NCBI GenBank assembly: GCA_021818465.1
Contig: JAKAEA010000001.1
Span: 41,972-105,971 of the forward strand
Length of the DNA stretch: 64,000 nt
DNA from: a bacterium
GTDB taxonomy: Bacteria > Patescibacteriota > Minisyncoccia > Phycocordibacterales > JAKAEA01
Reading direction: 5' to 3'
A program made the position numbers and the translations under genes. Under the pieces are notes generated by a model that was not told the origin of the DNA, did not search any database, and saw nothing but the letters and a program-made list of their open reading frames with translations. Below are positions 18,751 to 27,796 of the stretch, one piece after another (position 1 is the first letter of the stretch; every line of letters starts with the position of its first letter).

Positions 18751-18872
18751 GTCGCAGAAGCAGAGGAAGGCATTGTCGTCGTTCCAAACGTTCTCGAAGT
18801 TACCGATGTTGAAGTTGAAGTCACCGTCCGAGTTGGCGTTCACGTTCGGCACCCTGTGGTTGCCGTCGGCAT
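18750..18872 (-). repeat. DGR template repeat (TR)
   Basis: 123 bp, 31 adenines, 9 AAC + 1 AAT codons in the VR frame; aligns ungapped to 19221-19343. Confidence 0.97.
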
Positions 18873-19124
18873 ACCCCCTCAAGCAATGTACGACGTGTCG
18901 TCGGGACCACCAAAAAGAGCACCAGCTCCCTTTTGTATTTTATTCCGAGTCTAAACCTCGTTAACACATCGCACCGACTTATTTGATTTTTTCATAAAGG
19001 CAGCCCTCATCCGCAAGGCGTACCCAGCGGACCACTCGCTGATTCCTAGTACGAGAATTTGACGGCATGAAGCCAGTAGCCGCATGCTCTATCTTATTCC
19101 AGACGCAATTGTACCTGATTTGTA

Positions 19125-19162
19125 TAAAAAAATTGAGCCCTCGCAGTGAAGCAAGGGCTCAA
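19125..19162 (-). terminator. Terminator of the DGR target gene
   Basis: TTGAGCCCTTGC-TTCACT-GCGAGGGCTCAA followed by a T run. Confidence 0.8.
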
Positions 19163-19163
19163 A

Positions 19164-19176
19164 GGGTCTAAGACCC
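19164..19176 (-). other. Small hairpin downstream of VR (candidate homing element)
   Basis: GGGTC-TTA-GACCC, 18 nt after the target stop codon. Confidence 0.4.
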
Positions 19177-19194
19177 GAAGAACATTCTGAGTGC

Positions 19195-19902
19195 CTAAGC
19201 GACTGAGGACTCGGGTTCCAAGTCGCAGAAGCAGAGGAAGGCATCGTCGACGCGCCAAACGTCCTCGAAGTCACCGATGTCGAAGCGGAAGACACCGTCC
19301 GAGTAGGCGAACACGCTCGGCACCCCGTGGTCGCCGACGGCATCTTGCCAAAGGCGTTCCTTCTCATCGAAGGAGCAATACCACTTACCTTTCGGCAGTT
19401 GGTCGCGCTTCTGGTCCCAGACGAGCGAGGCTCCCTGAGCGCCAACGTGAACCGCTTTCTGCGTGGCCAGGAAGGCCATGCGCTCCTCGGAAGTTGTGCT
19501 TCCACCAACGACTTGCTTGAACGCGCGAACGCGGAGCTTGTCGCCGGGTTTGAGGATACGGGTCGGATTCGGGAAGTTGGGATCGGTGATCGCTTCGTTG
19601 TAGTAATAGAACTTTTTACGGTTCTTCTTACCAAACTTGGCGAGCGCTGTCGCGTGATCGTAGTCATCCGGCACCGTAATGATGCCGAGGTCAACGAGCA
19701 GAGCGAACTTCTCCGTGGATTCTGCAGGGGCTTGAGGCTCCGGCTTCTTCCAGTCGCCGAACCGCGCTTCCCGATCGTCCGTGGAGAGGTTGTTGAACCG
19801 CTCCCATTGGCCGAGGGTGATTTGACCGCTTCGCACCTTTTGAAGGGTGTCGATTTGCAAACCAGCCAGTTTGGCCGCATTTGCGCCGATGACAGTACTC
19901 AT
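19195..19902 (-). CDS. DGR target protein with C-terminal variable region
   Basis: Contains VR in its last ~50 codons; ATG 19902 has an AAGAAAGGA RBS (track start 19983 lies inside the promoter). Confidence 0.93.
   Translation of the reverse strand: MSTVIGANAAKLAGLQIDTLQKVRSGQITLGQWERFNNLSTDDREARFGDWKKPEPQAPAESTEKFALLVDLGIITVPDDYDHATALAKFGKKNRKKFYYYNEAITDPNFPNPTRILKPGDKLRVRAFKQVVGGSTTSEERMAFLATQKAVHVGAQGASLVWDQKRDQLPKGKWYCSFDEKERLWQDAVGDHGVPSVFAYSDGVFRFDIGDFEDVWRVDDAFLCFCDLEPESSVA
19221..19343 (-). repeat. DGR variable repeat (VR)
   Basis: 106/123 identical to TR; all 17 differences are at TR adenines (9 A>G, 6 A>T, 2 A>C). Confidence 0.97.
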
Positions 19903-19973
19903 CGTTTGTCCTTTCTTTACAATGTGCTTCCGGAAATCTGCCGGATCAGGCGCAAGGGTATCTTGCGTGTCAA

Positions 19974-20002
19974 ACAATATCATATAAGATGATATATGTC
20001 AA
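19974..20002 (-). promoter_or_regulatory. Sigma70 promoter of the DGR target
   Basis: TTGACA-N17-TATTGT with extended TG. Confidence 0.7.
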
Positions 20003-20005
20003 CGG

Positions 20006-20078
20006 GGTGCCTAATGGGACTCGAACCCATACTGCCGCTTCCACAGAGCGAAGTGCTAACCATTACACCATAGGCACC
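20006..20078 (-). tRNA. tRNA-His(GTG)
   Basis: Cloverleaf with G-1:C73, anticodon loop CT-GTG-GA, TTCGAGT T loop. Confidence 0.93.
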
Positions 20079-20213
20079 ATGAGCACTGTTATACCAAACT
20101 TGATAGAGCAACGCTAGGCACACAAGAGCGCCTTGGAAAAAATAATGGTGCGCCGAAAGAAAAATTCAAATAAAAAACTAGCGAAAAAACTAATCGATAA
20201 AATGTATACAGAG

Positions 20214-20249
20214 CAACGCCTCGGGCGGACTATATTTCCCGAGGCGTTG
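20214..20249. repeat. 12-bp perfect inverted repeat
   Basis: CAACGCCTCGGG-N12-CCCGAGGCGTTG. Confidence 0.7.
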
Positions 20250-20508
20250 TGTCGCACAACCACATACTGCCTGCTGCATTATGAGAAGTAAAATAAACGG
20301 CAAGCCAGCCTCACGCACGAGGTCACCTTACCGTACAATAGCGCATACCAACCCCCTCGAAACTTTCTCGCCCCGTATTAACGGAACCGTCACCTCACAT
20401 TACTGCAAAGCCGTCGTGGGAATTGTCTTGATTACGTCAAACAGCACTATTGTCTGTACGTGTCCCTAAATCTACATACTCTAACACCCCACTAGCACTA
20501 AAGTTTCA

Positions 20509-21057
20509 TTAAATATGTTCATGATTGAGGCTGTATTCTCGCTGTATCTTTTTCCGAATTCTAAAAAGTAGTAGTTTGACAGCGGTCGGAGTGCGACCGG
20601 TGGCGCGAGCAATGTCGGCAATAGACAAACCCTGCTGATAGCGCATCTCCAAAAGACGACGTTCGAATGTCGAGAGGTGCTCGATAGCACGATGCACATC
20701 TTCATACTCAAGAAAAAGTTCTGTACTACTCCCTTCCCCATTCTCATTTTTTATTTCATCGGCAGTGAGTCGACTCCAGGGTATACTTTTTTGCTTACGG
20801 TAATAATTTACGAGTACATTATGAGCAATCGTCATTAAATAGGTACCGTATCGGTAGCCGATATTTTTAAATTGAGCAAAATGCGTCAGGGCACGTGTAA
20901 ATGTTTCTTCAGTTAAATCTTCAGCCAATTCAATATCGCGACTGGTATGATAGAAAAAATATTCATACACTTTCTTGTGATAGTGCGTGTAAATCCTACC
21001 AAAATCATTAGGCCGAGGCGGACTATGCTGTGACGAAATGGAGCGATGTGTTCTCAT
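20509..21057 (-). CDS. ECF-type RNA polymerase sigma factor
   Basis: AEDLTEETF.RA, YL.TIAHN...NYYRK, region 4 GLSIADIA...G.T..AVK..L.R. Confidence 0.9.
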   Translation of the reverse strand: MRTHRSISSQHSPPRPNDFGRIYTHYHKKVYEYFFYHTSRDIELAEDLTEETFTRALTHFAQFKNIGYRYGTYLMTIAHNVLVNYYRKQKSIPWSRLTADEIKNENGEGSSTELFLEYEDVHRAIEHLSTFERRLLEMRYQQGLSIADIARATGRTPTAVKLLLFRIRKKIQREYSLNHEHI

Positions 21058-21114
21058 AAAAGCAATGACAACCCATCAGCGATTTTATAACTCCTCTGTA
21101 TAGAAAGTGTACGG

Positions 21115-21198
21115 TGCGCGGGACAGGACTTGAACCTGCATGCCCTTGCGGGCGCTACCACCTCAAGGTAGTGCGTCTGCCAATTTCGCCACCCGCGC
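21115..21198 (-). tRNA. tRNA-Leu(GAG)
   Basis: Cloverleaf with long variable arm; CTACC-TT-GAG-GT-GGTAG. Confidence 0.95.
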
Positions 21199-21237
21199 GT
21201 GGACTAGATAGTATCTGAAAATGAGAAGTAATTCAAC

Positions 21238-21738
21238 CTATACGGCAGCTGATTGTTCTGTAGGAGCTTGTTCTAGAGTAGAAACTGCTTCAGCGGCAGG
21301 GGTTGCCTCGGTGGTTTCAACCACCTCAACAGGACGAATGCGTTGCACACGACGCATCTCACGACTAATTTCTTTAGCAGCTTTTTTACGAATATGGTAA
21401 AGCTTGGCTTGACGAACCTTGGCGCGGCGAATTACTTCAATTTTTTCAATGGCCGGAGAATAGAGTGGAAAAATTTTTTCTACACCAACACCGCTGGTCA
21501 CTTTGCGGACAGTGAACGTGGCTCCGGCCTCAGTGCCATGCTTGCGAGCAAGTACCAAACCTTCAAATGTTTGCGAGCGGATTTTGCCACCCTCAAGAAT
21601 CTTTTGAGAAACTTTGACCGTGTCACCAGCGCGCAAGTCGATCTTTTTGCGCTGTTCAATATTAACTGCTGGCAGTTTTAAAACCGCCGGACCGGCATCT
21701 TTGTCTCCTTTTTTTGCTTTTGCTGCGGCAGTAGCCAT
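21238..21738 (-). CDS. rplS: 50S ribosomal protein L19
   Basis: [38 protein letters not shown]. Confidence 0.97.
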   Translation of the reverse strand: MATAAAKAKKGDKDAGPAVLKLPAVNIEQRKKIDLRAGDTVKVSQKILEGGKIRSQTFEGLVLARKHGTEAGATFTVRKVTSGVGVEKIFPLYSPAIEKIEVIRRAKVRQAKLYHIRKKAAKEISREMRRVQRIRPVEVVETTEATPAAEAVSTLEQAPTEQSAAV

Positions 21739-21759
21739 AGTTTTAGTTGTCGTAATCTA

Positions 21760-22482
21760 TCACGCTCGTGGGATTTTCGCAATAGCCGCCTCAAAATCCG
21801 CTGGGTATGGCGCTTCAACAGCAATATCATTACCGCCAGCATCAGTGAAATGAATTGCTCGAGCATGTAGAGCGAGGCGTTGAAAGCCAAGTGCCGCTGG
21901 GCGCGTGGGCGCATAGAGCGTATCGCAAATTACGGGGTGGTTAATAGCTTTAAGGTGTACGCGGATTTGGTGTGTTCGACCAGTATGCGGCTCAAGTTCT
22001 AGAAATGTGAAATCGTCGGCAAGTCGACCTCGAACATGATAATCGGTCACCGCCGGACGCGCTTGGCCGCGAGCGCCACGCTGCGCCGACCAGCGTCGAA
22101 AGTCGGAGCGCGAGCGCGCGATGGGTCGATCAATGCGACCTTCATCTTCTTTTACTCGTCCATAGACAAAAGCTTCGTAACGTTTTTTTACATCCCGATC
22201 CGCAAAACGCTCTTTTAAATATGTGAAGGCAGTTGGTGTTTTGGCGATCACCAGTACACCTGAAGTATCGCGATCCAACCGATGAACAATGCCCGGCCGT
22301 GCCACCACTTCACCGTTAGCCAACCGTTGTGACTCCCCCACATCACGCATATTTGGATATTTTTCCACCAACCAATCAGTCAACGTCGGCCCCACCGCGT
22401 GTCCATCGGGGTGCACGAGAATACCTGCCGGTTTATTTACAACAACATACTCATCATTTTCAAAAAGAATGGAAATAATCAT
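21760..22482 (-). CDS. RluA-family pseudouridine synthase
   Basis: NKPAG, HRLDRDTSG, TGRTHQIRVH, LHA. Confidence 0.95.
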   Translation of the reverse strand: MIISILFENDEYVVVNKPAGILVHPDGHAVGPTLTDWLVEKYPNMRDVGESQRLANGEVVARPGIVHRLDRDTSGVLVIAKTPTAFTYLKERFADRDVKKRYEAFVYGRVKEDEGRIDRPIARSRSDFRRWSAQRGARGQARPAVTDYHVRGRLADDFTFLELEPHTGRTHQIRVHLKAINHPVICDTLYAPTRPAALGFQRLALHARAIHFTDAGGNDIAVEAPYPADFEAAIAKIPRA

Positions 22483-22485
22483 AGT

Positions 22486-22764
22486 TTATAGAATGGCAAA
22501 ATCGGAAAATCGCTCATCATCAGCACCGACTGGTCCCCAATTCACATCAACACTTTCCACCTCAGCCTCCACTGGACCACTAGAAATTTTTGTCAAAAAT
22601 TCACGTAGATTTACTTCGTCACCGTGCGCAACAATTTCCACCGTGCCCTCAGGCAAATTTTTTACATAACCAACTATACCACGCGCTCGTGCTTCATTTT
22701 GAGCAAAGCTGCGAAAAAATACGCCTTGAACATTACCGTACACTTTGCAATACAACTCTTTCAT
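22486..22764 (-). CDS. acyP: Acylphosphatase
   Basis: GNVQGVFFR, GYVKNL.EGTVE. Confidence 0.92.
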   Translation of the reverse strand: MKELYCKVYGNVQGVFFRSFAQNEARARGIVGYVKNLPEGTVEIVAHGDEVNLREFLTKISSGPVEAEVESVDVNWGPVGADDERFSDFAIL

Positions 22765-22878
22765 ACAACGGGATAGTAGCACAAAAAAATAAAGAATAAA
22801 AAAACAGCCCAGCAATCAGATTTATCTGACGCTGAGCCGTGGTTCCGCTCCTAGATACTAACATACTCCCGTTCATTT

Positions 22879-23379
22879 TCAAGCATGACCACCAATAACA
22901 GCAACGATGCGAGCGGCTGTTAGCCACTCAACCGGATATTCTTGAACAACGAGACCTAGTTCTGTAACTAACCCATATTCCCAACTTGCTCCGTGTGAAG
23001 TTTTCCAATTGGGCAGAAAAAGCGTTCTTTGCACATAGCCTGATCCAAAAATAGGCCGGTAGAAATTATCGAGAATAGCTTGGCAGTAGGGTTGATTGGG
23101 AAACCACTGCACAATGCGTTTCATCGCGTCTTGAAAAGGTAATTGATTAAAGACATGAAGTCCCCTATCAGAAGCAACATCAATGGCGTACTGAAACAAC
23201 TTCATATTATCATCCAAGTTACCAAAACCACCCGTAGTCATCGGGCCGCAAATCTGGACAATTTTTCTTTTCTCTTCTGCCATACGCCCCAGAATAACAA
23301 GAGCAATATCGGCTAATTCGGACAACGTATCAGCTTGCTCAAGTCTCTTTTTTTCCGCACCCGTCCAAAATCTACTCAT
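22879..23379 (-). CDS. Hypothetical protein (DUF4406/nucleoside deoxyribosyltransferase-like fold)
   Basis: ICGPMT.G and FLPNW.TSHGA.WE motifs; AAGGAG RBS. Confidence 0.55.
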   Translation of the reverse strand: MSRFWTGAEKKRLEQADTLSELADIALVILGRMAEEKRKIVQICGPMTTGGFGNLDDNMKLFQYAIDVASDRGLHVFNQLPFQDAMKRIVQWFPNQPYCQAILDNFYRPIFGSGYVQRTLFLPNWKTSHGASWEYGLVTELGLVVQEYPVEWLTAARIVAVIGGHA

Positions 23380-23442
23380 ATGTATCTCCTTATAAAAGAA
23401 CCTGCACACAAACTACTGTACCAACTAAAAAATGTAAAGAGG

Positions 23443-23515
23443 TGGGCGATGAGGGACTCGAACCCCCGACCTTTCCGGTGTAAACGGATTGCTCTACCAA
23501 CTGAGCTAATCGCCC
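23443..23515 (-). tRNA. tRNA-Val(TAC)
   Basis: GGGCGATTAGCTCAGTTGGTAGAGC; anticodon loop TT-TAC-AC. Confidence 0.95.
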
Positions 23516-23568
23516 AAGGAAATTGCAGTATACGCTTTTTTTTCTTCTATTTCAAATAAAAAAACCGA

Positions 23569-23835
23569 TCATCCTTGATCGGTTAATAAAAGTATTCGCT
23601 CATGAGGTTCAGCTTTGAGGAGCTTCACACAAAAGACCTTTATGGGCCAGACGCGCGGAGCACAGAGCGGACACCTTCCTAAAAACTCAATTGTGCCGCC
23701 CAAGGCTCCTCCTTGAAGCCTTGCATGGAAGACCTCGCGTGTGTTTAAAGGAAGCCATTCTTGAAATTCCTTTCGGGACACATTATTCATGCCACATTGC
23801 GAACACTTGAAAAAGAAGTGGACATTTGGTGGCAT
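23569..23835 (-). CDS. Small hypothetical protein with two CxxC motifs
   Basis: CSQC and CPLC; G-rich RBS. Confidence 0.55.
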   Translation of the reverse strand: MPPNVHFFFKCSQCGMNNVSRKEFQEWLPLNTREVFHARLQGGALGGTIEFLGRCPLCAPRVWPIKVFCVKLLKAEPHERILLLTDQG

Positions 23836-23880
23836 AGAACCACCCCCTTTCTGTTTACTATATTAACACATATTTAATAA

Positions 23881-24501
23881 TTATGCAACTAGCTGTGCGG
23901 TCGACGCCTTTTTTCGTCGTTTAATCCGATCAACAATAATACGCGCCACTGATTCAACTTTTATAGGATCTATTTCCTCATCATAACCAAGAAGCATATC
24001 AGGACGAAGAATCATATCAGCTTTATGATCTAACTTGCTTCTATTAAGTGTTACATCTAAAGAAAAATTTATTCCATTAACATCCAAAAAAGCATCGATC
24101 CCGTAGCAACTGTCGGGCATGGAGTGTAATGTTGAGTAGAGATCAACTGTTTCCTTACCACCAGATTCTTTGGCAATGATTTTAAGTACAGATTCCCATA
24201 AAGCTCGAAGAATACCGTTAGGAGCTCTGGGGTCATAGGGGTCAAGCACGTCGGGTTGATGATTTTTGAACCATTCGAGAACCGTGTTCGTGCGTTCTTC
24301 TGGTTTCATCTGATACCACTCTGCGCGCGAGCTGACAATTTTTTGATCGAGCACCCACCGAAGTTCGACGGCACGAGCTTCTTCAAATTTTCTCTCTTTC
24401 ATGAGCTCACCATATTTTTCCATTGGCCATTCTTGTTGGTTAACAGGAATGGTTTCTTCCTCAAAAAGTGAACCGGTTAAACCTTCCATGGACATTTTCA
24501 T
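23881..24501 (-). CDS. Hypothetical protein
   Basis: 206-aa ORF; D...GIDAF..DVTLN..K..KAD resembles a PD-(D/E)xK-like core (weak). Confidence 0.6.
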   Translation of the reverse strand: MKMSMEGLTGSLFEEETIPVNQQEWPMEKYGELMKERKFEEARAVELRWVLDQKIVSSRAEWYQMKPEERTNTVLEWFKNHQPDVLDPYDPRAPNGILRALWESVLKIIAKESGGKETVDLYSTLHSMPDSCYGIDAFLDVNGINFSLDVTLNRSKLDHKADMILRPDMLLGYDEEIDPIKVESVARIIVDRIKRRKKASTAQLVA

Positions 24502-24533
24502 ATAACACTCATACTATCACAAAAATTTATAAG

Positions 24534-24605
24534 TGCCTCCGGCAGGAATCGAACCTACATAGCCGGCTTAGAAGTCCGGTGTTCTATCCATTGAACTACG
24601 GAGGC
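24534..24605 (-). tRNA. tRNA-Arg(TCT)
   Basis: GCCTCCGTAGTTCAATGGATAGAAC; loop CT-TCT-AA. Confidence 0.93.
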
Positions 24606-24636
24606 AGTATAATGGCGCTCTATCATCTTGACACGC

Positions 24637-24975
24637 TTATTGAGATGGGTCAATTACACTGGTGGTTACACTATCGCCCGCTTCTAAGCTCGCCAGAGCG
24701 GCGGCACGAGCACCATACGTTTGTGCAGTTTGTGTAAGCAGTGTTTCGCTAATAATGGGAGATGGTGTTTCATTTTGAGTGGTTGTGGTTACTAGTGTGC
24801 CCGTTTGTAATTCATGAGAAATGTAGAAATCATACGAAACAAAAAGAATAAGTGCCGCCGCAAACAAAAGGCATAACCACAACCATGTTTTATATGGATC
24901 ACGAACAATATCAATACTTTTACTAGAAATATGTAATCGGGAAAGTGTTTTTGAAAATGATAGAGTGTTTTTCAT
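24637..24975 (-). CDS. Bitopic membrane protein ending the pilMNO operon
   Basis: Single TM; operonic position after pilO. Confidence 0.55.
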   Translation of the reverse strand: MKNTLSFSKTLSRLHISSKSIDIVRDPYKTWLWLCLLFAAALILFVSYDFYISHELQTGTLVTTTTQNETPSPIISETLLTQTAQTYGARAAALASLEAGDSVTTSVIDPSQ

Positions 24976-24990
24976 ACAATATCCATTTAA

Positions 24991-25581
24991 TTATGACGAT
25001 AAATCTCCTGGTGCGAGCGTTTTTACAACCGACAGCGTTAATGTACCAGACCAAAATGATTGCGCGGATGTGGAATGGCCATTTGCTGACGGAGTAGAAT
25101 ACACTGCCTGATTGAGTGAAATATTATTCAATCGAACTTTATACGGTAACGTCTCAAGCATTGCTAGAAAAGTATACACATCATTCCACGAACCTTGTAC
25201 AGAAAGATTTAATACAAGCGCATCGAAATTACTTGTCGATGCACTGGGTGCTACTTTTGTTACCGATGCTATGCTCACATTTTGAATACGCACACCAGCG
25301 TGCGCTTGTTTTGCCAATCCCTCAATCATACTAATAAATGATACTGAGCCATTAGCTGGTACGACGCTAGAAAGTAAAGTCATTGCCGTAGAGCTTGAAA
25401 TTGTAAGAAATGAAGCAAGTGCTTGATCTTGTTGCTGCGATGTCTGTATAGCTTCTTCGGTAGCTTTGGTATGACTGGTGGTCGTGGCTTGAGCAATAAT
25501 TTTTTCGTATAAAACATACCAACCACTAATGCCGACTATGGCCACCACAAGAAGTATGAAGAATAGTAAACGGGTACGCAT
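24991..25581 (-). CDS. pilO: Type IV pilus PilO-like protein
   Basis: TM, coiled coil, LSVQGSW..V..FL..LE.LP; follows pilM-pilN. Confidence 0.7.
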   Translation of the reverse strand: MRTRLLFFILLVVAIVGISGWYVLYEKIIAQATTTSHTKATEEAIQTSQQQDQALASFLTISSSTAMTLLSSVVPANGSVSFISMIEGLAKQAHAGVRIQNVSIASVTKVAPSASTSNFDALVLNLSVQGSWNDVYTFLAMLETLPYKVRLNNISLNQAVYSTPSANGHSTSAQSFWSGTLTLSVVKTLAPGDLSS

Positions 25582-25584
25582 ACG

Positions 25585-26130
25585 TTATGAAGCAATAATA
25601 GTAATCGTAAAGGGCACATTAATGTCGGCGGCGTAATCAGAAATTGGAATAGTAACGCTAGAGATTCGACTTTCATTTTTCAAAATACTAATAAATGCTG
25701 CGAGACTATTTCGTGTTGTTGCAGTACCTGTTAGAACAAGAGTGACTGATTGAGTCGTTCCACTTTTTGAACCCAATGTGTAATTGATACCGGTAATACT
25801 AATTGCCGATGTTTTATCGGCACTAATTAAGGGCATAACATCTGTGAATAATAAAGCGGTTGACGGTATTGAACTAAGCGCCTTGAGTGTTGCTGAGAGT
25901 GTTGCAGTTTCCGCAACCAAACCGGCATGTAAATTATCTTTTTTGGCAATAGATTGGGCTTGCGTCGCCGCAGTCTCGGCTTGTACACGTGCCGCGAAAT
26001 ACACTGGCCCCAAAAGTATAGTACCAATAATAATGACGACATCTATAAAAATGAGGGTCATTATCACCACGCGCCAATGATATTCTCGACTAAAACGTAG
26101 TTTATAGAGTTCTGGTAAAAGATTAATCAT
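25585..26130 (-). CDS. pilN: Type IV pilus PilN-like protein
   Basis: MINLLP PilM-binding motif, TM, L.G.A..R..L..F. Confidence 0.8.
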   Translation of the reverse strand: MINLLPELYKLRFSREYHWRVVIMTLIFIDVVIIIGTILLGPVYFAARVQAETAATQAQSIAKKDNLHAGLVAETATLSATLKALSSIPSTALLFTDVMPLISADKTSAISITGINYTLGSKSGTTQSVTLVLTGTATTRNSLAAFISILKNESRISSVTIPISDYAADINVPFTITIIAS

Positions 26131-26137
26131 GTGTGTA

Positions 26138-27223
26138 TTAAAACGCTAGAGCCAAACCGAGGGCTGGAGCATAATCGAGTGATTCGCGATACGTCATCGC
26201 CGGCACCATGGTCTCCAGGGAATGAATATTTTGCCAAACATTAGCAACACGCACTGGCACATCAAACGATCGCGACAAGTAATCAGTGAGACCAAGGAGG
26301 GTATCTCCACCAGTAAGAGCTATGTCGACAATCGTTGGACTAAGAGGATCACCGTGACTCTCCCAATATGCGAGCAGTCGTCCCACCTCATCACGAATAA
26401 CCGAAGCAGCATTAATTAACGAGAAAAAGAGCTCGTCTCGCTCGCGACTCTCCTTGCCGTTGCGAATTTTTTCTGCTTCAGCCGTGTCCACAGAAAAACT
26501 TTTTTTAATAGATTCGACAATAGATTGACCACCAATAGCGAGTGTAGAAGAAAATCGAATAGTATCGGAAGCGACAATGGCAAAAACGGTTTTGGTGTCA
26601 CGCACCGCTACCACAATGTGAGCACTTGACTCAGGAAGATGTCGCTGTTTGGGAATAGCAACACGCGCCACTGCTTGTGACTCAACTTGTAAAGAAAGCG
26701 GTGTCAGTCCAGCATCGGTTACTACATCCATATAACTCTGTACAACTTTTGTATGTGTTACTGCAACACCAAGCTTAAGTGGTTGGCCAGCAATTGGTGG
26801 TGCAATAAAATAATAATCAAATATAGCGTCGGCAAGTTTAACGGGAACGTTTTCTTCAATCTTGAAACTAAGCGCACTACGAATATCTTTGATTTCCATA
26901 GCTGGCAACTCAATACTAAAAAGGTAGGCTTTTTCTTCTGGTAATGAAACATTGACGTAACGTAAATTGTGCTTCTGTCGTAACGTCGTAAGTGCGCTCA
27001 CCACAACATCTTTATTTTTTATAAAACCCTCTTCAATAGCACCGGGAGGAAATGATATCTCACCGAAAACATCGAGCTCTAAACCGCGCACTCCCGCACG
27101 CAGACCGGCAAAGCGTATTATTTTATCAGAGATATCAAGACCAACCGCTGGCATAGTTAAAAATTTCGGCGGCGGAAAAAGCCTAAAGAACAAATTATTG
27201 CGACCGCGCTGCGCACGTAACAT
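26138..27223 (-). CDS. pilM: Type IV pilus assembly protein PilM
   Basis: GLDISD, actin-like fold, LTGG, ALGLAL C-terminus. Confidence 0.88.
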   Translation of the reverse strand: MLRAQRGRNNLFFRLFPPPKFLTMPAVGLDISDKIIRFAGLRAGVRGLELDVFGEISFPPGAIEEGFIKNKDVVVSALTTLRQKHNLRYVNVSLPEEKAYLFSIELPAMEIKDIRSALSFKIEENVPVKLADAIFDYYFIAPPIAGQPLKLGVAVTHTKVVQSYMDVVTDAGLTPLSLQVESQAVARVAIPKQRHLPESSAHIVVAVRDTKTVFAIVASDTIRFSSTLAIGGQSIVESIKKSFSVDTAEAEKIRNGKESRERDELFFSLINAASVIRDEVGRLLAYWESHGDPLSPTIVDIALTGGDTLLGLTDYLSRSFDVPVRVANVWQNIHSLETMVPAMTYRESLDYAPALGLALAF

Positions 27224-27250
27224 GGTATTAGTATAGCAAATTCGTCTAAG

Positions 27251-27667
27251 CTACACTTCTCTTGAAGCCCCACCGAGTCGATCAAGATAACTCTGGAGAA
27301 TGAGCGCAGCAGCGGAAGCGTCGATATGACGATGATCGCCCTGAAGCCGCGTGGCTTGTTGGGTGGTTAAAAATTCTGGTTCAAAAATTATTTGAACCGT
27401 ATCTCCAAGTGTATTACGTAAAATCGAAACAAATTGGCGGGCCTTTTTCATAACAGGATTATCTGCACCAGAAAAATCTTTTGATTCCCCCACCACAACA
27501 ACATTCACTTTACACGCACGAATAATATCCAATATATCATCGGCAACCGTTGGTGCAGTTTTACCGCTAACAGACATTACTTGTAACGGCGTCGCTATCC
27601 TACTCGGGTCACTTGCCACAGCAACGCCGATTCGTTTGGTACCATAATCAATGCCAAGAAAATACAT
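27251..27667 (-). CDS. ruvX: YqgF/RuvX family nuclease
   Basis: LGIDYGTKRIGVAV, E..TT, IDASAAALILQSYL. Confidence 0.92.
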   Translation of the reverse strand: MYFLGIDYGTKRIGVAVASDPSRIATPLQVMSVSGKTAPTVADDILDIIRACKVNVVVVGESKDFSGADNPVMKKARQFVSILRNTLGDTVQIIFEPEFLTTQQATRLQGDHRHIDASAAALILQSYLDRLGGASREV

Positions 27668-27796
27668 ACCCTAGTATAAGCGTAAAGTTATTTATTGCGC
27701 CACTTTTAATGTGCAGTAAAAAATAATCGGAGTATTTTGCATATCTACTTTAGTAAATTTTATCGCGCACCGTTGCTATCTAAAAAGACGGTTGTT

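Larger units (their letters stand above)
17328..20002 (-). mobile_element. Diversity-generating retroelement (target+VR, TR, Avd, RT)
   Basis: RT, Avd-like gene and a TR/VR pair with adenine-only mismatches; adjacent to the tRNA-His 3' end. Confidence 0.96.

Noticed and set aside
18640-18882. 80-aa ORF resembling the target C-terminus
   Set aside because: It is the translation of TR in the VR frame, so it is better explained as the template RNA than as a gene.
19089-19992. Long alternative-frame and antisense ORFs over the DGR target (263, 221 and 109 aa)
   Set aside because: High GC and C/G-ending codons suppress stop codons; these ORFs have no motifs or RBS.
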